A model generated the notes under the pieces. It did not search any database, was not told where the DNA came from, and saw only the letters and a program-made list of their open reading frames with translations. A stretch of 64,000 bases of DNA from Lingula anatina (lineage: Eukaryota; Animalia; Brachiopoda), in NCBI GenBank assembly GCA_051362555.1, contig CM120647.1:20002651-20066650 (forward strand). Direction: 5' to 3'. Shown here in pieces: positions 38,545 through 51,411 of the stretch; the stretch's first letter is position 1, and each line of letters begins with the position of its first letter. Both the position numbers and the translations under genes were made by a program.

Positions 38545-40875
38545 CAGTGGTGGGTGGAAGGGTATCACGTGATTTTCGGGAGCCAATGAAAAAAGCAGGA
38601 ATTTTACACTCCGTTATAGGTAAACAAAATGGCACGTTCGACGCACCGGAGGAGGATCGTTTATTTAGGAGGCATGCACATAAATTTGGTGGGTATTTGA
38701 AAAGCATTTTACTATTTACAACGATCAGTATTATCTCAACTTAACTCACGTGAAGTTATTTTCAAGTGTGTGGTCTGTTTATATTTTTATGACATTTTAA
38801 ACTAGGCATAGCTTCATATGTAGTTTGACAATAGTAAACTGAAGTTTTCACACCACAAGCCTTCTTTCAAGTGAAATATCTCGAAAAGCACTAGGACGAT
38901 TTTTTTCAAACTTCTCAGTAATGTTGTTCATTTATTTGTTGACAAAAAGTGCCGATGGCACCAGATGGCACCCCTGGATCTTTGGAGTTATAGACGGTAT
39001 AATCCTTCATACCCAATTAAGACCATTTTTGTAGGAATGCGTCTTTATAATGTTAAACTCCCTCATTAGAAAGCATATATCTGAAAAAGTAAACGGTAGA
39101 TTTTTTTCCAAATCTTAATCAGACGTTTTTCGTGTACCTTTTTACATAATATATGGCCTGCAACTGACAGCACCCCTGGGTCTTGGGATATATAGACAAT
39201 GCAGTATAACATGGCAAATTATGGTCATTTTTGTTTGAGTGAATTTTGGATCACGCAGACCCCGTCTTTCAAATCAAATATCTGAAAAAGCAATTGGACA
39301 ATTATTTTCAAAATTGTCAGAAATGTTGCTTAGATATTGGTAAGCAAAAAGAGCCTATGGCACCCAATGGCACTTCAGGATCTTGGGAATTATAGGCTGT
39401 ATATACTGCATGCCAAAGTACTGTTTTGGTTATCCCACAGCCAGCATTTATAACAATAGCATAATTGCACTTGTATATCACTTACATGCTTGTCTGTATT
39501 TTAAAGCATTTTGTGCAATCTGATCACTATACAAGCACATTCCTACAACTGTTGAAGGGCTAGCCATGGTATTAATCAGTTACAATTACTTGTCATTAAC
39601 TGCGTATGACGTACAAGAGCCTATTATATCTCAACTGTAGCTCCATATAATAGCCCTCTCTTATGCCACATACAGTAATTGGCTCAAGTACATATCAAAT
39701 AAACAATTTTTTTTTTTGTAAAATACTGATGATAAGTCTCATTTCTTTTTCAGCATGGACTACAATTTTTATTTTTGAAATGCTGTGCACTATAAAGGTG
39801 AGAAGTAATTCATTGGAATACCATAGTTGTAAACTTGTGACTTATGTTTCCATAGTTCATCTATTTCGTTAACATTGACAAAAACATGTTCTGTGTTTGT
39901 TTTGCCTAAACGTTCATTTTAATCCTACTATCATAAAAATTGAAATCATATTTAAGTATAATGGTAACAGGTTATCTAAAAAGTTGAAACCTTATCCAGT
40001 TAAATAATAATATAAAATATAAAACATTTACTGCTTTTTAATTTCAGAGAATGGTAACAGCTTATAACCTCATAATGGGATACCGCCTATGGATTGTAGC
40101 TGAAATTAGAGACCTGAGATAACAGGAATGATGTTTGTTATTTCCAAAATGTGTTCCTTCATGGAGTGTGACATTGTAATAAACATGATTGTTTTTTAAT
40201 TACTCAGTCATCAAATGTTAAATTAGTAGTTTGTCACAATATCAAATATTGTATTATCTACATAGAGAATTCCCCTCATCTTTTGTAAGTTAAGTTTTGA
40301 TTAATTAAGTAGAGGTGAGTAGTAAGTCTCATGAACTTGGAGAAAATTAAATACTGCAGATCTTGGAAAAACTTTGTTTATTGTGATTTCTGTCAGATAT
40401 GAGGATTTGTAAATGTTGATAATACATAACATTTTCTGTCTCTTATCATATGCATTTACCATGATTTCTGACTCTGAGTAATGTACGCATCTGGCAAACT
40501 AACTTGAAATTCAAGGCATATTTTATAGTTTTAAAAAAAGTGAAATTAAAATCTGACCAAGACGAATTTAAAGTAATCTGAATTCTATCAGGATTTCAGT
40601 CTTGCCTGTGCTATGTATGTAGGCTATTTGTAGGTTGTCACCCTTTTAAATCATTTAAAAAGTATTATTATATTATTTCAATATTTTGTGAATATTTAAA
40701 TGAGTTATAAAATTTATAAGAAAAATGTAGGAAATTAAATATACTGTTAATTATGTTTTTATGAAATATGTGAAATAAAAAGTTTATAATCATATCAAAG
40801 TTCTTCCATTTGTTTATGATAATTTTGTCATTTTACATTTTCTTTGCCTTAAACTTTGGTCAAGCTTACTTTCCA

Positions 40876-40910
<35 letters not shown>

Positions 40911-41476
40911 TTGTCACATGCCCTTCATTATAGTTATCTGAATTATCAACTTGTCATAATTTAATTATTATTTTCATTTCTAGAGTTGATTATTATTCTT
41001 ATTCAAACAAGAAATTATTAATAATACACAGAAAAATTAAAGTCAATAAAAAATCAACACTACCAGCAAATTTTACTTTGCCCAAACTACAGTCACTACA
41101 GGTATATAGGACAGTAGGCATACACTGACAGAGATGTGATACCTATGCCACGGTGACATTTTAAAACTCTACTCGTCGGTTTGTTGATCATAAATTGCAC
41201 ATTTTTTCAAGTGTTTTATTATTGGTTTGTAGCATCCATATTTATATTTATATACATTTATACAAATTCATTGAAACAAAGTCGGCGTAACGTTACGCAA
41301 ATGCCCCAATAAACAATGCATCGCACACAGTTGCGCGACCGTTACTGGACGAAGACGCAGCAAGACGTCGCCGGGAGCTCACTTTCGATGTTCACTCTTC
41401 GACGGCAAAACGTCAAATGACCGATGTGCGTGCGCATCTTTTGACGTATCACGTGATACCCTTCCAACCACCACTG
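38545..41476. mobile_element. Non-autonomous TIR element with 9-bp TSD (Mutator-like TSD length), inner element
   Basis: 29-bp TIR CAGTGGTGGGTGGAAGGGTATCACGTGAT with 1 mismatch; TSD AAGTGTGGC at 38536-38544 and 41477-41485; no coding capacity seen. Confidence 0.88.
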
Positions 41477-41867
41477 AAGTGTGGCCTTACTTAGATCATG
41501 GCCTCAGTCAAACCTCTAATAAGAACACCATCGCCTCTTTCTGCATTGTCCAGTCTTCTCGTCCAAGCACCAACCCTGCAATGAGCAACACCTGTAGCTG
41601 CACATGTCCCCAAAGTCAAACCTCTAATAAGGACATCATTGTCTGCACTGTCCAGTCTTCTCGTCAAATCAACCAACCCCGCACCGAGCACTAAATGTAG
41701 CCATGGGCGTCTGCAGAAAGTTTTCCGGGGGCGGGGGTCAAAGTCATTGAAGGGGGAGATAATGATTGGCTGGGTACCCGCAATAAAATGCAGTTCCAAA
41801 ATTCCGGGGGGGGGGGGGTCAAATGACCCCATTGACCCCTCAAAGTTTCACATAGAACCTATGTGCA

Positions 41868-42773
41868 CTACCTTGGTATTGTTTGGTGGCTGCTGCCCGG
41901 CTGTGGTATTATTCCAATAGTTTTCATCCCCATAACTATCGCCTTGATGAAAGCAGTCATGGCTTCGTCTTTTTTATCAAGCATACTCAATTCTTGGCCT
42001 ATACAGTGTAGTGTTTCGGCTGTACTGCGACTTTCACCCAGCACTAGTTCCTTTATACATAGAGCTCTTTGAAAAGTACTGAGAGCCTCTGCGTGATTTC
42101 CATGTGCAGATAGGGCACAAGCTAATTTATGTAATCTGGTTGCTGTAAACTCATGGTATTCCCCAACTTTTTCTTAATACAAAGACACCAGCATCCTAAG
42201 GATATCCACAGTATATATAACCATTGCATGAATCTTCGCAAGCATTTCACAACATATGACGTCGAGCGTTGGTGCTGTACTTAGACATTCATTTGAAACC
42301 TGCCCCTGTTTGCCTCTGACGGCCTCTACAAGTTTTCCCTGTATAAAAAGAGCAAGTAGCACCATTTGTTTTGTGGTTGATATCCATTCGCGCCCTCCTC
42401 CCGGTATCTTTTTCTTCATAGCAAGACATCTTTTAAATATTTCCAGAGCACCGTCCACATTCCCAATCAGGAACATTTCATTGTAGTGTATCGGTTGTTC
42501 TGAGACTTTCACCCAGCACTTCCTTCTTTCAACTGTAAGTAGAGTTCTCTGAAAAGTACATAGGGCCTCTACGTGGTTTCCCAGAACAGAAAGGGCACAT
42601 GTCATATCATTCATTGTGGTTGCTGTCTGCTCGTCCATTTCTCCCAGTATCTTCTCACTCATGGCTAGAGCTCTCCTCAGTACATCCACTGCACCGTCTG
42701 CATTGCCTAGATATATCATTTCCTGAACCACGCTGTGTAATGTCGAGGCTGTACTTTGGCTTTCCCCCATCAC
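41868..42773 (-). pseudogene. Decayed TPR-repeat tail of gene B
   Basis: About 3.5 more diverged units, out of frame after a 1-nt loss near 42779, with further indels. The last segment reads GEYHEFTATRLHKLACALSAHGNHAEALSTFQRAL...IPR*. Confidence 0.85.
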
Positions 42774-45700
42774 TTGTTCTGTATACGTAAAGACCTTTGA
42801 AATGTACTCAGAACATCAGCATGGTTTCCCTGTGCAGCTATGGCACGAACTAATTCATGTATTGTATCTGCTGTCTGTTCGTGATATTCTCCCAGTAACA
42901 TTTTCTCTATGACCAGAGCTCTCTTGAGGACATCCACGGCACCGTCTGCATTGCCCATCTCCAACATTTTTTTGCCTATGTTGTGCATCGTTATCGCTGT
43001 ACTTTCACTTTCACCCAGCACTTGTTCCTCTATACGTAGAGCTCTTTGGTATGTACTGAGGGCTTTTGCGTGGTTTCCCTGTGCAGATATAGCTTCAGCT
43101 AATTCATATACTGTGTCTGCTGTGCTTTTGTGATATTCTCCCAGTATCTTCTCCTTCATATCCAAAGCTCTCTTGAGGACGTCCACAGCACCGTCTGCAT
43201 TGCCCATCTCCATCATTTCCTGACCTATGCTGTGCAGTGTACTGGCTGTACTTTCACTTTCACCCAGCACTTGGTCCTCAATACGTAGAGCTCTTTGGTA
43301 TGTACTGAGGGCTTCTGCGTGGTTTCCCTGTGCAGATATGGCTTCAGCTAATTCATATACTGTGGCTGCTGTGCTTTTGTGATATTCTCCCAGTATCTTC
43401 TCCTTCATATCCAAAGCTCTCTTGAGGACGTCCACAGCACCGTCTGCATTGCCCATCTCCACCATTTCCTGACCTATGCTGTGCAGTGTACTGGCTGTAC
43501 TTTCACTTTCACCCAGCACTTGTTCCTCTATACGTAGAGCTCTTTGGTATGTACCGAGGGCTTCTGCGTGGTTTCCCTGTGCAGATATGGCTTCAGCTAA
43601 TTTATATATTGTGGCTGATGTGCTTTTGTGATATTCTCCCAGTATCTTCTCCTTCATAACCAGAGCTCTCCTGAGGACATCTACGGCACCGTCTGCATTG
43701 CCCATCTCCAACATTTCTTTGCCTATGCTGTGCATCGTAATCGCTGTACTTTCACTTTCACCCAGCACTTGTTCCTTTATATGCAGAGCTCTTTGGTATG
43801 TACTGAGGGCCTCTGCGTGGTTTCCCTGCGCAGATATGGCTTCAGCTAATTCATATATAGTGGCTGCTGTGCTTTTGTGATATTCTCCCAGTATCTTCTC
43901 CTTCATATCCAAAGCTCTCTTGAGGACGTCCACAGCACCGTCTGCATTGCCCATCTCCATCATTTCCTGACCTATGCTGTGCAGTGTACTGGCTGTACTT
44001 TCACTTTCACCCAGCACTTGTTCCTCTATACGTAGAGCTCTTTGGTATGTACCGAGGGCTTCTGCGTGGTTTCCCTGTGCAGATATGGCTTCAGCTAATT
44101 TATATATTGTGGCTGATGTGCTTTTGTGATATTCTCCCAGTATCGTCTCCTTCATATCCAGAGCTCTCCTGAGGACATCCGCAGCACCATCTGCATTGCC
44201 CATCTCTAACATTTTTTTGCCTATGTTGTGCATCGTAATCATTGTACTTTCGCTTTCACCCAGCACTTGTTCCTCTATACGTAGAGCTCTTTGGTATGTA
44301 CTGAGGGCTTCTGCGTGGTTTCCCTGTGCAGATATGGCACGAGCTAATTCATGTATTGTGACTGCTGTCTGTTCGTGATATTCTCCCAGTATCTTCTCCT
44401 TCATATCCAAAGCTCTCTTGAGGACATCCACGGCACCGTCTGCATTGCCCATCTCCATCATTTCCTGACCTATGCTGTGCAGTGTACTGGCTGTACTTTC
44501 ACTTTCACCCAGCACTTGTTCCTCTATATGTAGAGCTCTTTGGTATATACTGAGGGCTTCTGCGTGGTTTCCCTGTGCAGATTTGGCTTCAGCTATTTTT
44601 TTTATTGTGGCTGATGTGGTTTTGCGATATTCCCCTAGTATCTTCTCCTTCATATCCAGAGCTCTCCTGAGGACGTCCACAGCACCGTCTGCATTGCCCA
44701 TCTCCAACATTTTTTTGCCTATGTTGTGCATCGTAATAGCTGTACTTTCACTTTCACCCAGCACTTGTTCCTCTATACGTAGAGCTCTTTGGTATGTACT
44801 GAGGGCTTTTGCGTGGTTTCCCTGTGCAGATATGGCTTCAGCTAATTCATATACTGTGGCTGCTGTGCTTTTGTGATATTCTCCCAGTATCTTCTCCTTC
44901 ATATCCAAAGCTCTCATGAGGACGTCCACAGCACCGTCTGCATTGCCCATCTCCATCATTTCCTGACCTATGCTGTGCAGTGTACTGGCTGTACTTTCTT
45001 TTTCACCCAGCACTTGTTCCTCTATACGTAGAGCTCTTTGGTATGTACTGAGGGCTTCTGCGTGGTTTCCCTGTGCAGATATGGCTTCAGCTAATTCATA
45101 TATTGTGGCTGCTGTGCTTTTGTGATATTCTCCCAGTATCTTCTCCTTCATATCCAAAGCTCTCTTGAAGGCGTCCACAGCACCGTCTGCATTGTCCATC
45201 TTTAAATTTTTTTTGCCTATGTTGTGCATCGTAATCGCTGTACTTTCACTTTCACCCAGTACTCGTTCCTCTATACGTAGAGCTCTTTGGTATGTACTGA
45301 GGGCTTCTGCGTGGTTTCCCTGTGCAGATATGGCTTCAGCTAATTCATATATTGCGGCTGCTGTGTTTTTGTGATATTCTCCCAGTATCTTCTCTTTCAT
45401 AAGTAGAGCTCTCCTGAGGACGTCCACGGCACTGTCTGCATTGCCCATCTCTAAAATTTTTTTGCCTATGTTGTACATCGTAATCGCTGTACTTTCACTT
45501 TCACCCACCACTTGTTCCCATATACAAAGAGCTCTTTGGTATGTACTGAGGGCCTCTGCGTGGTTTCCCTGTGCAGATATGGCTTCAGCTAATTTATATA
45601 TTGTGGCTGCTGTACTTTTGTGATATTCTCCCAGAATATTCTCCTTCATAACTACAGCTCTCCTGAGGACATCCACGGCACCGTCTGCATTGCCCATCTC

Positions 45701-45991
45701 TAACATTTTTTTGCCTATGCTGTGCATCGTATTCGCTGTACTTTCACTTTCACCAACCACTTGTTCCTCTATACGAAGAGCTCTTTGGTATGTACTGAGG
45801 GCTTCTGCGTGGTTTCCCTGTGCAGATATGGCACGAGCTAATTCATGTATTGTGACTGCTGTCTGTTCGTGATATTCTCCCAGTATATTCTCTTCTATAG
45901 CCAGAGCTCTCCTGAGGACGTCCACAGCACCGTCTGCATTGCCCATCTCCATCATTTCCTGACCTATGCTGTGCAGCGTACTGGCTGTACT
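42756..45991 (-). repeat. Coding tandem array, 13 x 249 bp (83 aa = two TPRs)
   Basis: Exact 249-nt period; near-invariant GNADGAVDVL and AQGNHAEALSTYQRAL blocks. Confidence 0.97.
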
Positions 45992-48072
45992 GTCACTTTC
46001 ACCCAGCACTTGTTCCTCTATACGTAGAGCCCTTTGGTATGCACTGAGGGCCTCTGCGTGGTTTCCCTGTGCAGACTTGGCACAAGCAAGCACATGTAAT
46101 GTAATTGCCGTCCGTTCATGGTATTCTCCCAGTGTCTTATCCCTCATATCTACAGCTCTTTTAAGAGCATCCATTGCATTATTTACATCACCGGATGCCA
46201 TGTTTACCATACCCAGGTTTGTGAGAATTAAAGCAGTTACCGGGTGTTCACCATAACGGTCCTCTGCTACATCAAGTGCCCGTTTATATAATGACAAAGA
46301 TTCCTCTTCCTTGTCAATGTGACACAGAGCTTCGGCCGCATCATTCAAAGCATCCATACCCACTCCGTCTTCTTTACCATCTAACACAGGGCTTGCATTC
46401 AGCATGTCATGCAAAGTGGACATAACTCCTCCTTCGTCTCCTTGTCTGGCTTTTATTGCTGCAATTCCAGCCTGTGCGAGGTATTTCAGACTAAAATCGT
46501 TATGAACAGTAGCCTTGTCCAAACAGTTGTTCAGTAAATGGAGGAAGACTGCATTATTGCCTTCTAATGTGTTAAGCTGCCATGCTAAATAATAACAGCA
46601 TTTACAATAATCCTTGTAATTACATCCCACTTCTTGCGCCTCATACATGGCTACTGCAATAGGCAGATTCTCACAAGATGCTAACGAATCATCAAGTTCG
46701 CCCTGTAAATAGCCTATATTATAATACAAGAATGCCAGCTCAGAAGGATCACTTTGTTCAACGTGTTTTTCAATGGTTTCTAGTACTAGTTTGAAACAGT
46801 TAAGGGAATCAATGAACCTGCCAGTTTGCCGAAGGCTGAAAGCCAATTTTTTCATTATGTTGTATGTGGCTTTCATTGATTCTGATTGCATTGACTCAAA
46901 AATACCAATACACGCCAGAAGATTATCCTTGTGTCTTTCAAATATTGTGGATGCATCGCGACCATGATCTATTTCAGCAAAAGCGTACATCTTATAGATA
47001 GTTTGCTCCATAAATCCTATATACATCTCCTTGAAACGATCTCCATATTTGTGTGAAATCTGCTCGTGTGCAAATGCCTGTATAACACCATGCATGGTAT
47101 ACTTCTCACTTACTGCATCATACCCCAGAAACGAAGCATCACAGAGGGTTTGTAGACATGTGAGGCAATCCCACATGGTAAGACCACTTCGGTTCTTATT
47201 GATGAGATCAAATGCATCATCAACATTAAAGCTTGAAGGGAAAAGAGAAAGTATTTGGATTGTCTCTTGAATGTCCAGGTCCAACTGTTTAAAAGTCAGA
47301 TTAATACACGCTGTGGGGTTTAGGCACTGGGGGGTTAAGTGTGAAAGATTTAAGCCAAATACTGTTTTTTTAGTCAGCTCCGCGATTATATCTATTGCCT
47401 TGTGACCTTGGCGTAATAAGTAGCCGAGAATATGAAGCAGCAAAGCGACAAAGCCACATTTTGCAGCCAGCTGATTGCCATCTTCACGACTCAGATGTTG
47501 TGAAAATGACTGCAACACGTCGCATGATTCATCCTCTGTTAGAGAACCAAGATTGTGAATAGGTGCTTCTTCATTGGGTAACTGAATCGTATGCCGGGTT
47601 GTGCATAAAATGTAGGTTTTGTTACAGCAGGAAATCAAACGCTGTAGCATGGAATAGAAATGTTTCTGTGTACTTTCCCCAAGAGCGCTTTCACAGTTGT
47701 CTAAAATAATAAGCATTTTTTGGCCATACGACGATATGTCTTGGCAAGCTTTTGTTATAAGACGATCAATGTTGGATTTGCCACTGCTTAATCCTGCTGA
47801 AGACTCTAAAGCATGAAGAAGGGACAAGGGAATATCGTCAGCGAATGAAACATTCTTCATGTCAGCCATGACTGAACGTATTCCCCATTTTGACACGAAG
47901 GTGTGACCTATTACGGTCGCCAGGGCGGTCTTACCTTGTCCCCCAAAGGCTTTAATTATAGCAAGACGACGCCCATCAGTGAAAAAAATCTTGGTTATTT
48001 TTTGGATATCTCCATCGCGTCCGACAAAGCACTTCGGTTGTTGTGGAAGACAACATGTCTCAAGAATAGAAC
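42770..48072 (-). CDS. NLR-like gene B coding exon 2: NB-ARC/STAND NTPase, divergent TPRs and 26 conserved TPRs
   Basis: AFGGQGKT, LIILDNCE, ILCTTR, CGFVALLL, MHGVIQ. Acceptor TTTACAG at 48073 gives a phase-1 in-frame join. Spliced CDS is 316+5303 = 5619 nt (1872 aa). Confidence 0.93.
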
Positions 48073-48326
48073 CTGTAAATATAATGCAACCGGTTGTTGA
48101 ATTAATATAAAGCATTGACAATACAATTAGATGGAGCTATCTGCCTAGTTTAAAATTACATGACTGTCTAGACACAGGAAACTTAGATTAAAAAGTTGAC
48201 GTTGCTGCTGAAGAAAAAAACAGAAATGCAACTATTATCTTGATGACTAAAGATCTTCAGTCCAACGCAATTTGTAGAGGTAACGTTACGTTAACTCCAA
48301 TGTAATGTGTAAAAACAACCATTTAC

Positions 48327-48642
48327 TTATTCCCCTTTGTTTGTCTTCCTCTTTCACTACAGTGTCTACAAGTCCAGTCCTGAGCCAGGAGTAATGTTCC
48401 TCGAGACACGAGACAAAATTATCAAATTTCTGGTTGTCCCCATTAAGCAGAAGATTCAACAACTTTTGGTTTTGTTTCAAGTGCGTTGCTTCATTACGTA
48501 TGTCTTCGCATTGTCTTGGAGTTATCACGTGAGCTGTGATCAGTTTTTTTGATATTATCTTAACATCAAGGTCATCGCATATAGCTTCCCAGTTTTTCTG
48601 TATCTTAATCTGGTTCTCTAGTGTTACTGGACAGGAAGCCAT
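48327..48642 (-). CDS. NLR-like gene B coding exon 1: CARD domain
   Basis: GCCATGG start; MASCPVTLENQIKIQKNWEAICDDLD...NFVSCLEEHYSWL; 316 nt with a phase-1 donor A|GTAAAT at the same position as in gene A. Confidence 0.9.
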
Positions 48643-49246
48643 GGCTCTGGAATCCACAAACAGAAAGTTACTGACTTGCCTACAAATTCTTTGTATACAA
48701 CTCCAACTAGATAAATAGCATTTTACTTAGTTACTCTCATATTATTTATATACATTTTTTGAGAAACCTATTAAAGTACCCCCTCCAGATCCCAGGAATA
48801 AAATACTAAAATATATACTGTATTTATAAAATATAAACATAATATCGATGATAATTAGTGTTTTCTTCATACACTGATACCTCCTTCGACGAGCTAGGCA
48901 TTAAGAAAGGAGTGCTGTGAAAGTGAATGAAAATTCCCTGTAGATGACTTGATTTTGAATTGAAAAAATACCTGTACATGAATTGCTCTCGGATAGAGAT
49001 TAACTAACCCCCTCCCCACCCCTTTTGAAGTCACCAAACATATATCAGATGTATTTCTGCAAAGACAAAATACCTTCCACATAGTCAGTGCACGTCTTAA
49101 TATGATGTGCATAGTTATCCCATTTTTAAAGTTGTTAACTATATAACAATGTGTAAGACATCTACATTCAGGTCTATGTGAAACTTTTGCCCATTTTGCA
49201 AATATTTTATCCTGGACACAGTTTCTCTCACAATAACATGCATTTT

Positions 49247-51283
49247 AAACAAGGCAGCAAAGCTGTCAAATGTACAGACAAAAAAACAGAAAATAAAGAT
49301 GCAAATAAGTGAAAAATTAAATTTTCACAAAAAACTGTTAAATTGCCAGAAAAATTTACCAAACAAATTTACCAAACAAAATTTACCAATTTGCCTATTG
49401 AAGCTGTATGTTAGACCCATGTTTCTTTCCTGTTAGTTTGAGAACAGTAAGTGACATGATTTCCCTTAAATGGTCAACATAGGAGCAGTGCCCAAAATAG
49501 GGGTTTCTTCAAATTTTGATGCAACATTACATAATGTTGAACAGCATGATGACAATCAAATGTTATTAATAAAATATTAGTAACATGGACATTCAGAAAA
49601 TGTGACAAGCAAAAGTCTTCAGGATCATGGAACTTTAAAGTCACACCTTGTAAATGCCAATATGTGAAAAATTAAATTTTCACAAAAAACTGTTTAACTG
49701 CCAAAAAAAAAAGAAAAAAAATACCGAACAGACTGCATTGCCTACTGAAGCTGTATTTTAGTCCCAGGTTTCTTTCCTGTAAGTTTGAGAACAGTAAGTG
49801 ACATGATTTTCCTTAAATGGTCATCATGGAAGCAGTGCCCAAAAAAGGGGTTTCTTCAAATTTTGATGCAATATTACATAATGTTTAACAGCTTAATGAC
49901 CATCAATTTTTAATTATAAAATATTTGTATCACAGATATTCAGAAAATGTGACTAGCAAAGGTCTTCAGGCCCATGGAACTTCAAAGTCACACCTTGAAA
50001 ATGCCAAAATGTAAACAAGACAGCACTGTTCTGAAATGGGTTTCTTTCCATGTTTAACACTTTTTTAACATAAAACAAAATAAACATTTTACTGCCATTT
50101 TTATATGACCAACTAAGAAAATAGATGAGATGGGAAAACTATCAATAGAACAGTGTTAAATGTCCAATTTCCTCCATTCTGAGATTCTGAACATAGTGGA
50201 TGATTGAATCTGACAAACTGCAATGATATGAGTTTATTTCCATTTTTGACACTTTATTACACAATACATGATAACAAGTTTACCATGTTTTTTACATAAT
50301 CAACTAACAATGTTGTAAAGATGCAGGAAATATCAAACAAACACTTTTAGGCATCTTATTAGTTAAAAAATGAGACTGTTAACATGCCTAATAATTGAAT
50401 CTGAAGACATGTGAAAAAACAGAATAACTTCTAAAATAATGGCCCGATTATGCTGATTTTCGAACTCATCCTGCGTTTTAGTAAGATTGACCACTCCTGT
50501 GAGTATAATTACAATTGGCCAATCCGTTTTTCTTATATTGTGTTATAAGTGTTCCATTTATATTGAAAATAGTGAAAAAACAGCATAAATTCCCTAAAAA
50601 TGGCCAAATCATGCTGATTTTCGAACTTGACCTGCGTATTATAAATATTCATCAGTTCTGTAAGTTTCAAGTCAAAAGGTAAAATGGTTTTATACTTATC
50701 GTGTTATAGGTGCTGCATATATGCTGAAAAAAGTGAAAAAACAGCATAAATTCCCTAAAAGTGACCCAATCATGCTGATTTTCGAACTCGACCTGCGTAT
50801 TATGAATATTCATCAGTTCTGTAAGTTTCAAGTCAAAAGGTAAAATGGTTTTCCACTTATCGTGTTATCGGTGCTGCATATATGCTGAAAAAAGTGAAAA
50901 AACAGCATAAATTCCATAAAAATGGCCCAATCATGCTGATTTTCGAACTTGACCTGCGTATTATGAATATTCATCAGTTCTGTAAGTTTCAAGTCAAAAG
51001 GTAAAATGGTTTTCCACTTATCGTGTTATCGGTGCTGCATATATGCTGAAAAAAGTGAAAAAACAGCATAAATTCCCTAAAAGTGACCCGATCATGCTGA
51101 TTTTCGAACTTGACCTGCGTATTATGAATATTCATCAGTTCTGCAAGTTTCAAGTCAAAAGGTAAAATGGTTTTCCACTTATCGTGTTATCGGTAAAAGT
51201 GCACGGCGACGACGGCGACGACGGCGACGACAGACGCAGGTGATGGCTATATGTACAGACACATCTGTGTCTGTACATAAAAA
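49247..51283 (-). mobile_element. Complete Helentron/HINE-like element just upstream of the gene B CARD exon
   Basis: 3' end motif at 49247, 161-bp units (50724, 50885, 51046), 5' hairpin at 51251-51278. Confidence 0.82.
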
Positions 51284-51411
51284 GCAATCGTGACCTCTGC
51301 CTAATTCATTTGTACCTGGTAGTCTCTCTGTTGTGAGGTGCTTGTAGTCATAGACAGTTAGAAACCAATTTTTTCTCCTCCCCAACTTGCCTCTCTGGGA
51401 CTCGATTAACC

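Larger units (their letters stand above)
35843..41486. mobile_element. Non-autonomous TIR element with TTA TSD (Harbinger/Zator-type), outer element
   Basis: Left TIR GGCCACACTTTTTTTTATTTTTATGGATGACATCC; its inverse lies at 38514-38544 and is completed at 41477-41486. TTA at 35840-35842 and 41487-41489. Confidence 0.85.

Noticed and set aside
16838-45991. RT plus variable repeats as a diversity-generating retroelement
   Set aside because: The RT is an APE-type LINE inserted in a HINE. There is no non-coding template repeat, and variants include non-adenine changes (GAA/CGT, TAT/CAT).
42909-46256. Many plus-strand ORFs over the TPR array (also 80-447)
   Set aside because: Antisense shadows of the repeated coding sequence.
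42770-48072. Assigning a gene symbol (APAF1, NPHP3, KLC)
   Set aside because: Apaf-1 has WD40 repeats, and NPHP3/KLC share only the TPR type; orthology is unsupported.
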